Assembly: GCF_963921235.1 (NCBI RefSeq)
Contig: NC_086129.1
Span: 35,154,001-35,218,000, forward strand
Origin: Mobula hypostoma
Lineage: Eukaryota
Direction of reading: 5' to 3'
Length of the DNA stretch: 64,000 bases
A program made the position numbers and the translations under genes. Below are positions 1 through 13,294 of the stretch, piece by piece (the first letter of the stretch is position 1; the number at the start of each line of letters is the position of its first letter). Under the pieces are notes generated by a model, which searched no databases, was not told where the DNA came from, and saw nothing but the letters and a program-made list of their open reading frames with translations.

Positions 1-1682
1 TCAGAGATGGCATAGGCTCAATGGGCAGAGTACTCCCTCCAAATCACAAAGAAATATCAAATATTCTGACACTCACAATCCAGGCTTGCACTTTAAACAG
101 GCACCTGATTGAAATGACAGGAGTGCAGTTGGAACATCTGGAATTTACCTCATCATGAGTCAGCTCTTTTAAAGGTAGAACAGAGAGAGGGATAAATTTA
201 TATTAGATGCTGTTGCTGGGAAGCCTATTGTTGCTTGTATTGTCTGTTATATGGCTGCAATGGGAACATTCAACCATTGTAGGCAGTGCAGAAAACAGAT
301 GAAAGGGTAGATTTCTGGCATTTGAATAACTAAGAATAAAAACAGAAATGCTGGAAGTAATCAACAGGTCAGGCAGTATCTGTGGAAAATGCAACACGGT
401 TGAAGTTTCAGGTTATTTATAGAAAGAGAAATATCAAACATTTTAAGCTCCAGCATTTTCTGTTTTTATTTAAGATTTCCAACATTTATAGTTTTTGTGT
501 ATTCAGTTTCCAAATAAAGATCATATCTCATAAGGAAGACATCAAATGTTTTAGGATGCATTAACTATAAGGACCATAGTCCAAGGGAAATTACAGATGA
601 GCAGTGGCTGTTGACCTTTTAGTGATGCCCACATCTTTAAATGATTACAGAAAACAACTTTTAATAATAGGCATACATCAAAGGAGCTTGTTTCCTTGCA
701 GTATGTTGCAGAAAAATGACTGGAATACAATTATTCAATGCCATATTAGACATGTTGGAAAAAATAGCAAGATAATAGATAATGACAGATCTTTCAACAT
801 AATGTTATATCTGGCAAGAGTTAAGATTGGCAAAATATAAACTAAATGGCACTAATTTTAATGGGGTGTAGGAAAAGTTTGACCTAAGGGCTTTTGTACG
901 AAGTATGAAATAAGTTGGTACGGTGTTAAAATAATAAGATACTGAATAAAGAATACAAAAGGCAATAAAGATATTTCTGCGTTTTTGCTTTGAGGAAGGA
1001 ATATGGCATAGGCCAAGTACAGATCTTTCTGTTCTTGATCAATTACATCTTCCTACGTAGACAGATTGTAATTCAGTTCAATATTTCATCAGAAAAACAC
1101 TGGGTATAAACTCACATTCTGTCACTTGGAAAAGACACACAGACACTGAGTATTACACCCTGAATTCACTGAAACTGAATTCTGAAAGAAATGAGCTGAA
1201 TTTTGGAAACAGTACAATGTGCAGCAGACACAAAATTGTACATTTAGTACAAGTATTGTGGTCAAATTTCTATTCTTGCTTCTTTGATGGTACTTCATTT
1301 GTATTCTGTTGAATCACCATCCTAATTACATGCTTAATCCACAGAGTGTTTCAAAGCCACAATCATCTCATTCGAAGTCAAGAGTACAACATCTTAGGCC
1401 ACTTAAAATTAGACTTTATGGAGAACACATACAGTTAACTCTTGCTTGCTAAAATTCCGTTAAGACAGACTGCACAGATTAATTCAGCAATCTATTATTA
1501 AGCAAATCTTTCTGGATAAGCTAACACACACATCATTTGAAAAAAGAAGATTCAAAAGCTTTCTGATAATGTTGCAGTATTGTGGTTAACTATTTGAAAT
1601 GGTTAAGTTTTCATATTTTGAAAATATTTTCTGTTTACTAATCCAAGGTCACCTTCATCTATAGTAGTGTTTCACAATGTAT

Positions 1683-2172
1683 CAGAATCAGGTTTAGTAT
1701 CACTGGCATATGTCATAATTTGTTGTTTTGTGGCAACAGTACAGTGCAATACATAATAAAAACTATAAATTACAATAAGTACCTGTATACATATATAAAA
1801 ATTATGTTAAATAAGTAGTGCAAAAAGAGAGGTAAAGATAGTTAAGTAGTGTTCATGGATTCATTGTCCATTCAGAGATCAGCTGGCAAAGAGGAAGAAG
1901 CTGTTCTTGAAACATTGAGTGTGTGTCTCCAGGCTCCTGTACCTCCTACTAGGTGGCAGCAATGAGAAGAAGGCATGACCCAGTCACCCAGGACATTAAT
2001 GATGAATGCCGCCTTTTTAAGGCATCACCTTTTGAAGGTGTCCTCGATGCTGGGGAGGCTAGTGCTGCTCATGATGGAGCTGGCTGAGTTTCCAACTTTC
2101 TGCAGCTTTTTCCGATCCTGTGCAGTGGCCTCTCCATACCAAATGGTGATGCAACCAGTTAAAATGCTAAAA
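1683..2172 (-). mobile_element. Rex1/Babar-type LINE 3' fragment
   Basis: ORF 2025..2228 ILTGCITIWYG-ATAQDRKKLQKV...LPSIEDTFKR matches the C-terminal region of fish/shark Rex1-type LINE ORFs. The same motif recurs near 11.4k, 26.3k, 33k, 36k, 37.5k and 48.6k. Confidence 0.7.
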
Positions 2173-2861
2173 TGTACTAAACAAAGATTCAAGAGAAGAT
2201 CAGTTACCTTTGTTACAGTGGAAAGCATATAGACAAACCGCAGACTATTTCCTTAAATTCCAACTCTTCACCTGCTTTATTACAGAAATGTTTTAAACCA
2301 CCAAGTAAACACTTTTATGGCAGTAAACCCAAATTGAGCAAATTATTTGTGTCACTGTTAATTACACCTTTGTTCATAGATTCATACAGCCTAGAAACAG
2401 GCCATTCATGTCCATATTGATGACCAAATGCCAATCTAGGCTAATCATATTTACCAAAAATTGGCCTGTAGCATTCTATGCCTTGCCATTTCAATGCTTA
2501 TCCAGATCCTTCTTAAATGTGTGAAAGTACCCACTTCCATCAATGACTCAGGATGTGTGCTGCAGATTTCAAGCACCCTCTAAACTTCTTCCCAATGTTC
2601 TACACTGTCTGAACATTGTAGATGTTACATAACTTATGTCACCTCTACTCCAAGGAAAACAAACTCAACTTCTCCAGTCTCTCCTCATAACTGAAATGTG
2701 CCATCCTAGACAACATTCTGGTGAATCTCTTCTGCACCCTCTCCAGCGCTACTGCATTTTCCCCTTGGTACGGCACATAGAACTTCATTTGTGGCCTAAC
2801 CAACATGAAGGTATAGCAAAACCTCTCTGCTCATATCCTGTGCCCCAGACACGGTCGTGGA

Positions 2862-5800
2862 GTTACAGAAAAATACAGCACAGAAACAAGCCCTTTGGCA
2901 CATCTAGTTCATGCCGAACCATTTAAAGTGCCTAATCCCAATCGACCTGCACCCGGACCATAGCCCTCCAATTCATGTACCTATCTAAACTTCCTTAAAT
3001 GTTGAAATCAAGTTTACGTGTACCACTTTCACTGGCAGCTCCTTCCACACTCTCACCACCCTCTGAGTGAAGAAGTTTCCCCTCATATTCCCTTTAAACT
3101 TTTCACCTTTCACCCTTAACTCATGACCTCTAGTTGTAGTTCCGCCCAACCTCAGTGAAAAAAGCCTGCTTGCATTTACTCTATCTATGGCCTCATAATT
3201 TTGCATACCTCTATCAAATTTCCCCTTACTCTTCTATGTTCCAAGGAATAAAGTCCTAACCTATTCAATCTTTGTTTATAACTCAGGTACTCAAAGTCAT
3301 GGCACCATCCTTGTAAATTTTCTCTTCACTCTTTCAACCTTATTTACATCTTTCCTGTAGGTAGGTGACCAAAACTGCACACAATTCTCCGAATTAGGCC
3401 TCACCAATGTATTACATCTCCTGTACTCAATACTTTGATTTATGAAAGCCAATATGCCAGAAGCTACCTTTACGGCCCTTTCTACCTTATGGACCTGTAT
3501 TCCTAGATCCCTTTGTTCTACCACACTCCTCAGTGCTCTGCCTTTCACTGCGTAAGGCCTACCTTGGTTGGTCCTACCGAAGTGCAACACCTTGCTCTTG
3601 TCTGTATTAAATTCCACCTGCCATTTTTCCAGCTGGTCCAAATCCCTGCAAGATCTGATGGACTTCCTTGCTGTCCACTGCACTTCCAATCTTGGTGTCA
3701 TCTGCAAATTTGCTGTTACAGTTTACCACATTATCATCCAGGAAGTTGATATAAATGACAAGCAGCAACAGACCCAGCACTGATCCCTGTGGCACTCCAC
3801 TGGTCCTCCGTTCAGAGAGGCAGCCATCTACTACCACTCACTGGCTTCTCCCACAAACCCAATGTCTAATCCAATTTACTACTTCATCTTGAATGCCGAG
3901 CGACTGAACCTTCTTGACCAACCTCCCATGCAGGACCTTTTCAGATGCCTTACTAAAGTCCATGTATACAACATCCATTGCCTTGCCTTCATCAACTTTC
4001 CTGGTAACTTCCTCAAAAAACTCTATAAGATTGCTTAGACACAACCTATCATGCACAAAGCCATGCTGACTCTCCCTAATCAGTCCGTGTCTATCCAAAT
4101 GCTCATATATCCGGTCTCTCAGAACACCTTCCAGTAACTTTCCCATTACTGATGTCAGGCTCACCAGCCTATAATTTCTTAGTTTTTTGAAACATTAGCT
4201 TTCCTCCAATCCTCTGGTACCACACCTGTCACGAAGGATGATTTAAATATCTCTGCTAGGGCCCCTGCAATTTCTGCACTTGCCTCCCACAAGGTACAAG
4301 GGAACACCTTGTCAGGCCCTGAGGATTTATCCACCCTAATTTGCCTTAGGACAATAAACATTTCCTCCTCTGTAATCTATATAGGGTCCATGACCTTGCT
4401 GCTGCTTTGCCTCACTTCTACAGACCCTATGAATGTTTCCCAAGTAAATACATGTACAGATTCAAAAACATCCACTTATGATCTCCCTCATCTCTTTTAC
4501 TCCATGCATAGATTACCATTCTGATCTTCCAGAGGATCAATTTTGTCCTTGCAATCCTTTTGCTCTGAACATATCTGTATAATCCCTTATGATTCTCCTT
4601 CACCTTGTCTGCTAGGACAACCTCATGCATTCTTTTAGCACTCTTGATTTCCTCCTCAAGTGTTCTCTGGCATTTCATAAGTACCTCATTTGTTTCTACC
4701 TGCCCATACCTGCTAGGCATCTCTTTTTTTTTTATTAACTAGGGCCATGACCTGTTATCTTTACTTTTATTCTGGCAGGCACATACAAGCTTTGTACTCT
4801 CAACACGTCATTTTTAAAGGCTGTTTTCTGGTAGACCTTTGCCAGGAAACAGCCTGTCCCAATCCACACTCACCAGATCCACTATGATATCATCAAAATA
4901 AGTCTTTCTCCAATTTAGAATCTCAAGCCATGGACTAGACCTATTTTTTTCCATATTTACTTTGAAACTAATGGCATTATGATCACTTGATGCAAAGTGT
5001 TCCCCTACACAAACTTCTGTCACTTGCCCTGTCTCATTCCCTCATAGGAGATCAAGTGTCGCACACTCTCTCTTTGGGACTTCTCTGTACTGATTAAGAA
5101 AACTTTCCTGAATATATTTGACAAACTCTATCCCATCTGGCCCTTTTACAATATGGGAGTTCCAGTCAATACGTGTAAAGTGAAATTCACCTACCTTGTG
5201 CTTCCTTGTGCACAATCTTATGCTTCTTGCAACAATCTGCAATCTCTCTACAAATTTGTTCCTTTAAATCCTGCAGGCTGTTGGGTGGTCCATAAAAGTG
5301 GTCATACCTCTCTTGTTCCTCAGTTTCACCCATAGAGCCTCACTAGAGAAGTTCTCCAGTCTGTCCTGACTGAGCACTGCCGTGACATTTTCCCTGACTG
5401 GTAACGCCACCCCTCCCCCTTTAATCCCTCCCAGTCTGTCACATCTAAAACAACAGAACCCCAGAATACTGAGCTGCCAGTCCTGCCCCTTCTGCAACCA
5501 AATCTCATAATTCCATGTGTCAATCCATGCCCTGAGCTCATCTGCCTTTGTTACAATACTTCTTGTATTGAAATACAGTATACGCAGCTCAGGGCATTAA
5601 TTGCACCATATTCAATCTTTTGATTCCCGACTTTGTCTGAAGTCTTAACAAAGTCTGTCTTCACAACCTCACCACTAACCATTCTGACACTCTGGTTCCC
5701 ATCCACCACAACTCTAGTTTAACCACCACCCCACCCCTTCCCCCCGCCGTCCCATGCAGCACCAGCAAACCTTCCTGCTAGGATATTAGTCCCCTTCCTG

Positions 5801-6680
5801 TTTGGGGGCAAGCTGTTTCTTTTATACAGATCCCACCTTCCCTGGAAGAGAGTCCAATGATCCAAAAATCGGACACCTTCCCTCCTACATCAGCTCCTTA
5901 GCCACAAGTTAAGCTGTATTATTTTCCTGCTTCTGGCCTCATTGTGGTGTGCACAAGGTACAGGTTGCAATCCTGAGATCACAAGCCTGGAGGTCCTGTC
6001 CTTTAACTTACCATCTAACTCCCCGTACTCACTTTACAGAACCTTGTTACTCTTCCTACCTGTCATTAGTACCCATGTGGACCACAACCTCTGGCTGCTC
6101 ACTCTCCTGCTCAAGAATACTGAGGACTCGATCCGACATGTCCCAGACTCTGGCAACATAACATCCAGGAATCTTGTTCTCATCCACAGAACCTCCTTTC
6201 AGTCCCCCTAATTAATGAATCCCCTATCACTGCAGCTCGCCTATTCTCCTCACTTCCCTTCTGAGTCACAGAGCCAGATTCAGTGCCAGGCACCTGACCG
6301 CTGTAACTTTCCTCTGCTAGGTTATCTGGCCCAACAGTATCCAAAGTGGTATACCCGTTGTTGAGGGGGATGGCCACAAGGGGACTCTGCACTGGCTGTT
6401 TAACCTCTTTCCCATTCCTGACTGCCACCCAATCTCCTATGTCCTCCATCTTGGGTGTAACTACCTCTCCATATGTCCTATCTATCATGCCCCCAGCCTC
6501 CTGAACGATCTGGTGTTCATCCAGTTCTAGCTCCAACTCATTAATGCAGATTATTAGAAGCTACAGCTGGATGCACTTCTTGCAGGTGATGTTGTCAGGG
6601 ACACTGGAGGTCTCTCTGCCTTCCCACATCCCGCAAGAGGAGCATCCTACTATCCTGTCTGGCAACCCTACTGTTCCAAC
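2862..6680 (-). mobile_element. Near full-length degenerate CR1 LINE (ORF1 Zn-finger/esterase; ORF2 endonuclease-RT)
   Basis: Fragmented ORFs: CSSCGMWE...CKKC and AAVIGDSLIRG (ORF1); SSDHNAISF (endonuclease); SLTSVMGKLLE, QHGF, VVYMDFSKA, SGVPQGSVLG, KFADDTK (RT); TRGHELRV...NFFTQRVVRVW (CR1 C-terminus). Many stops and frameshifts. Confidence 0.9.
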
Positions 6681-7093
6681 TGTGAAAATATAAAGGAAAT
6701 AGTAAATAATAGATACTGAAGCTAGAATCCTGTACGTTTTTTTTCTTCTCTTTACCCTTGCAGCCACCTTCAGCAACCCTTAGATGTGCACAAGGTCCAT
6801 CTGTACCTTTCATTGTGTCCCGCCCTTATTATTGATCCTAAAGTGTATCTAGATAAAACTCTATCTATAAATTGTGCTGCTCATTTTACAAACTGATCAA
6901 TGGCCCAATATTTTCCTCCTATCATCACTTGTTTTCTGTGATCTTACTGATCATAACTCCTATATTCAAATTCAGATTATTAATGTATATTACAAATAAT
7001 AAGGAGCCAAGCACCAATATCTATGGTACATTATACCATACTGCCAATCAGAAAATCCATCTCCCATCACTCTGTCCTACATCTCCAACCTAC

Positions 7094-7220
7094 TGAGGCA
7101 TTTATCGTGCGGATAGTCAGAGGCTTTTTCTCCAGGGCTGAAATGGCTAACACGAGAGGGCACAGTTTTAAGGTGCTTAGAAGCAGGTACAGAGGAGATG
7201 TCAGGGGTAATTTTTTTCTA

Positions 7221-7257
<37 letters not shown>

Positions 7258-7462
7258 GGTGAGTGTGTGGAATGCGGTGCTGGCAACAGTGGTGGAGGCA
7301 GATATGATAGGATCTTTTAAGAAACTCCTGGATAGGTACATGGAGCTTAGATAAAATAGAGGGCTATGGCTAACCCTAGGTAATTTCTAAAGTAAGTACA
7401 TGTTCAGCACAGCATTGTGGGCTGAAGGGCCTGTATTGTGCTGTAGGTTTTCTATGTTTCTA
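7094..7462 (+). mobile_element. CR1 LINE 3' fragment containing a (CA)n microsatellite (7227-7253)
   Basis: FFSRAEMANTRGHSFKV...RGDVRGNFF, followed by a CR1 3'UTR ending in tttctatgtttctat. Confidence 0.8.
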
Positions 7463-9392
7463 TTTGTGGATCAAATTTGCCAATTTACCCTGGATTCCCA
7501 TTGGCTTCATTGGCCTTTTGAAGAAGTCTCCCATGTACTACCATAACAAGGGTTTATTTAGTCCTTTACTAATAAAAGGAGTAGAAGGGACAATAACTAG
7601 CTTGATTGGGTTTGTCCTATTCAATGTGGAGAGGCACATATTTTTGGATCAATACTGATTCCATAACTATGATTGAATGACTTGGCTAGTGGTGTGATTA
7701 CTTCTAGTGGTATGGTGGTAGTCCATCATGTCCAACAATGTCAGGGAACCTGTGGAGGAATTTGGAAAAGTGGAAAGGCCATTGCACTGGGGCAGTTCCA
7801 CTCTCTTGACCTCAGAAGTACATGTAGAGTGGTACAAATAAGTATCACAAACAGCGGTCTTCCTTTGTTTCAGTGGATGACCATGATGTCTTCTGTGCCT
7901 TGTCATGCCCTTCGCTCTCCACGGAGTGTTGCAATAACACCTTCCTGGCCATTGGATCTCACTGTAGATCTCATCCGCCCAGTTCACCAGAGCTGACTTC
8001 ACATGCTGGGACAGGCATGTCCCTAACTCACTCGGGTATGAGACTGCCAGCTACCCTCACCTGGTTTAGCCCACTTGTTGAAGTGGTGTATCAGGGTGTA
8101 GCCACTGTCGCATACAAATAGCTACTTGGAGCCACAGGTGAGAGCTGAGTTCCAGTAGGGACTAAAGTTGATTCAGCTACCTTGGAATGGACACAACAAG
8201 CCTCCTCATCAGAGGTACTACCTCTCCCTGGACACCCCACTTCTAGAGAATAAGGTTCATTACTCCATTTGGGATATTGCTGAGACTCACAGGCTTTATA
8301 TGAGATCATAGTAAATGAATTGATTTTGTTGAAGATACACGTGCCATGGAAAGGACCTCAGGAAAACGACATGATGGGCAGTCTGCTTCTGACTGAAGGT
8401 GATTGCAACCGCTCTAACTTCGTAATTCATTTGCTGGACTTCAGCAATGTTGAAGATGAGGATATTCTTGGAGACACCTCCTCCTGTTAGATGTTTAAGT
8501 AACCATAACCAATATGACTATTGAATTGCATAGTGAAAGACATGTAAAATAACTTGGGTGGGTAGTGGTGTTACATAGCAATTTGTAATGTTCTAAAATT
8601 TCTAACATTGCCATTCAAAATACCTAAAGAAATCTTTATTAGATACATCAGCATAAATTGTGATGAATTAATGGTCATTATTTACTATCTGGCCATGAGA
8701 TGGTATATTAGCAGCTCTCAACAAAACTGTATTTATTTTGACGTTATTTAGGTGATGTTCCATGCTGTCAGTTTAATGAATAGTTCAGTTCTTAATGAAC
8801 AGTTCATTGATCACTGTCAGAGAACCTGCTCTGATCTTGATTTAGGATTTATTTTGTGAAACTAGTTACCTAGGTTATAACTAGCGTTTATTACTGAAGA
8901 TAGTTAGCAGGTATTTGGTTATGTTAGCATGGTGGGGGGGGGGGGAAGAGAAGAAAAAAAAAATCTCTTCTTCACCCAGCGGGATCTTCCACTTAAAAAT
9001 AGCTACTACCGCATGTACAAAAGTACATATGAAAATACTCCAAATTTCTAGCAGCAATTATAATCCAAAGCATGAAAAGGTCATTTGAGAACTCAATTAA
9101 AGTTTTAGCAGTATTCACTATGGAATGTTTATTAGGCATTCAATCAGAAAAATAGAAATTAAACACGGCTTCGTGACTGTCCAAATAATCTTTGAAGTAG
9201 AAGTCATAGAATATTGAGCTGCATTAAACATTCAGACATCTTTTAGTATCTGTTCTACTTTTCAGTCTACAGTCATTATAAATTTTGCTCCTTGTATCAA
9301 AAACATAAGAGAAAACTAAAACTTGGCATCCAAACACAGCGAGTTATTCTCCTATGGTAAGCTCAAGTCATTAACCTCAGGAGTGGAATGGT

Positions 9393-9533
9393 TCAGCAGG
9401 TTGAATGGAAGATCCCTCCAACAGCAACCCCCTCTTTCACCAGTCTGTTATACTGTGCCACAGCTTTCTCTGTTTGTAGAACAAAAGTATCAATGCCCTT
9501 ACTTCTGATGAAATCCAGCGTCTCTTCAGGCAC
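9393..9533 (-). CDS. aamdc: AAMDC (Mth938-domain protein), last coding exon
   Basis: VPEETLDFIRSKGIDTFVLQTEKAVAQYNRLVKEGVAVGGIFHSTC*. AG acceptor at 9535-9534, TGA at 9395-9393, characteristic GGxFHSTC C-terminus. AATAAA on the - strand at 9133-9128. Confidence 0.96.
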   Translation of the reverse strand: MPEETLDFIRSKGIDTFVLQTEKAVAQYNRLVKEGVAVGGIFHSTC

Positions 9534-10936
9534 CTGAAACCCAAATTGCAAGCTAGATTTAGCAACTACTTCTGTGTAAGAGTCTACCACTCATAACCAA
9601 ATATTAACGTGGATCATTCCAAAGTATTGATTATCGTACCAAAATTCAACAGTTTACGGAACAAAAAAATTGATGCCTGCTGGATTAATTTCTCATACTG
9701 ATATTCAAAATATCTAAAGAGGCTGTTACAAAATGCCATATTTTTAACTTGATAAAAAGTTCAAACCAACTCAGAGTTCCACATCACATCAGATGATCCC
9801 CTTTATAAAAAAAATCCAAACATGGGCCTTGGTTTAACACCTTATCCAAGAACAACATCAATTGAAAATGTTGTATTCACCTAGCACCACAATGAAATGC
9901 CCATCCAGATTGAGAGAGTGGAACTTGAATTCACTACCTACTGATGCAAGAGGCAAAAATACAATGAACCATGGATTACAAATGCAAAACCAACCAAATA
10001 ATTAGACAACACAATGGCTTGCCAAGCAAGACATAACTGGGTAATTCCATCAACAATCAACCTCAGTGACTGCAGTTTGACGTTCCTTTTGTTTATTCTA
10101 TTTAAGTACCCTACATTTATTGCATTTTTCTACTCATTTTATTGGAAAGGTTTCCTAGACTCTTGAAAGAGATATCGTTTTCACTAAGTTCACTTTGTTA
10201 TACAAGTTACTCTAACTCACATTCAACCAACTAGCTGATGTACAGCTGTCAATGAATAACTTGTTAGTAGAAATTGGACAGGGTGGAACATGGGCTGGAT
10301 CAGGCAAGATCCATGAGTATGATGGTCTTCCCACATTCTTTTTCTCATAAATGAGATTCAATCTCATGATCCATAATTAGATCCAAATAGGTACAAAGAA
10401 ACATCCCAGGGAAAGTCAGGTGGCACTTCTTAAAAAAAGGCACTAACTTGTTTTGTGTATACTAAACCTGTCTTACTCTAGTTGCTCAAGAGTGTTAATT
10501 GCCACCAGCAGCTTCAAGATATATTAGGGAAATGTTAGTAACACTTGGCAGTTACTTCGATTTGCTTTTGATGATAAAGATGCAATCACTATTTTAATTG
10601 ACAGAAGTTATCATCAAAATTGAAAAATGACCTACTGAATACAACTCAACAAAAGCAATGGGTTTAAAACTGCAAACAAGTCAGGCTTGATAATTTAATG
10701 TAGCATGTACAAAATGCTGGAGGAATGCAGCAGATCAGGCAGCATCTATACAAGGGAATAAACAGTCAACATTTTGAGCTGTGGCCCTGCATCAGGACTC
10801 TATTCCTTTCCATAGATGTCTGACTTGCTGAGTTCCTGCAGCAGAGTGAGTGTGCGTGTGTGAATGAGTGCGTGCATTTGCGTTACTCTGGATTTCCAGC
10901 ATCTGCAGGAGCTCGTGTTTAAGGCTTGATGATTTA

Positions 10937-11137
<201 letters not shown>

Positions 11138-12394
11138 CTATCAAATTCCTATTTGCTTGTCAAATATAAATGCTGGGCACTGATTTTGTACATTTTGAAG
11201 AGTCCCTATTAAAATACTGCATAATATTAATATACTGGATTTGTTTTTGAAAAAAGTGTCTAGGTTTTTCAAACTGGGAGGCCAAGCCACTGCAAAGGCA
11301 ACATTGAGGGTGAATAGGTAGGTTCAGTAACAGATAGGTTACAGCGTAAAAGGAGCTCATTCAGCTGTAACCATCAAATCTGTATTGTCTCCAAGTAAGA
11401 GTAATCCAGTCCTTTATGGCAAGGAGGGTTGTGCTTGTGATGGAAGTGGCCGGGTCTAAAGTCCTCTGCAGCCTCAATGATCCTATGCATTGGCACCTCC
11501 ATACCAGGTGTTGATGCAACCAGTTAGAATACTCTCCACTGTACATCTGAGGAAATTTGCTAAGAGCATACCAAATCTCCTCAAATTCCAAATGAAGTAA
11601 AACCAGTGTTTGCTTTATTGATGATTGCATCAATGCTTTGGGCCCAGGATAGATCCTCTGGCATGTTAATGCTCAGGAATTTGAAGCTACTTACCCTTTC
11701 CACTGCTGCCCCTCAATGAGGACTGGTGCGTACTCATCTGACTTGTCCACAAACAATTGCTTGGTCTTGCTGACACTGAATGCAAAGCTGTTGTTGTGCC
11801 ATCACTCATCCAGCTGGACTATCCTGTGGGCTAAAGGGCCAGTATTGTGCTGTACTGTTCTATCTCACTCTTGTACGCTTTCTTCTCATCATCTGAGATT
11901 CTGCCAACAACAGTGGTGGCATCGGCAAATATATATATGGTGTTTGAACTGTGCCTAACCACACAGTCATGAGTGTGGAGAGTGTAGAGCATGCATCCTT
12001 GAGGTGCATCTTGATTGTCAGTGAGGAGATGATATTACCAATCTGGACAGACTGCTCACTCAGTAAGGAAGTTGAAGATCCAGTTGCAGAGGGAAATACA
12101 GAGGCCCAGGTTTTGAACCTTGTTGATTGATGTGAGGGGATGATGGTGTCAGCAATACAGCTAAAAAAAATCTAGCAATTATAGAGAAAGCAAGCCAGAG
12201 GCAAAACCAGATGAGAGACTTTGAACTTAAAGCAAATATTTTTACTGAAAATGTTAATAAATACATGACTTGCTTTCAGTGCACTGTTCACCATGAAACT
12301 CATGTGCAAAACAAAAGCCTTTTGTGTTCTCTAAGAAAAAACATGTGAACACTGCTGAGTTACAATTATTTGCAGTACTCTATATCAAATTTCA

Positions 12395-12535
<141 letters not shown>

Positions 12536-13294
12536 TCACTCACTGTTGAAGTAAGAAAACCAACTCAGCTTCCTAAAGATACAATATACTCCATAATATA
12601 CTATATTTGGTGCACTTAAGTATGGACATTGTTTATCTGATTAAATAATACCTTCTACCACAATGCTTACATTTAGCATTTCCAACTCTAAGCTCATATT
12701 ACACAAGCTTTCAGATTGAACACCAATGGAAAAACACTCTTAAATGTGAGGGAAAAAAAGGATCAGTTTAAAATTAGTAAAATGGATCTGAGTATCTGAA
12801 TGTTCAAGTTTGGAGATGACAGACATCCCATCTCTCCCGGAACTTCCGGGAGTCTCCCGCATATTAATAGTGGCTCCCTGATGCCCACAATTTATATACA
12901 ATACCACGGAAATCAATTTTTTTGAGAGCAAGCGAGAGAAAAGCAAGAGAGAGCACGAAAGCGACCACGAGAGAGAGTGCGCGCATGAGAGAGAGCACGC
13001 GAGCGCGAGAAGGACAGAGAGAGAGCAAGCGAGAAAGCAAGCAAAAGTGCTTGAGAGCGAGTCATAGCAGAGTGTTCCAAAAAATATATAAAACGTACGT
13101 CACCCCAGACTACACTAAAGTGTACTCCTGCCTAATAGGGGTCAAAAATAATGACAGTGTTGCTCGCTGCACTGTTTGCAACAGTGACTTTTCTATTGCC
13201 CATGGTGGGTTAAGACTGTAAAAGGCATGTTGAGGTGAGTTTAACAGGTGTCATTCGTTCATTAGCATAGCTAACATTATTTAAGCTAACAACA

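Noticed and set aside
1061-1312. Stop-free 83-codon stretch after an acceptor-like tcctacgtag
   Set aside because: No recognisable protein similarity and no partner exons; compatible with chance.
2207-2270. Possible - strand exon with an AAG|GTAACT donor
   Set aside because: Stops in all three frames and a weak acceptor.
7667-8309. Overlapping 70-110 aa ORFs on both strands
   Set aside because: They look like old retroelement (possibly RTE-like) non-coding remnants, with no domain motif or splice structure.
9534-9590. N-terminal part of ORF 9393..9590 (MVDSYTE...)
   Set aside because: Intron sequence in frame with the aamdc last exon; the exon starts after the AG at 9535-9534.
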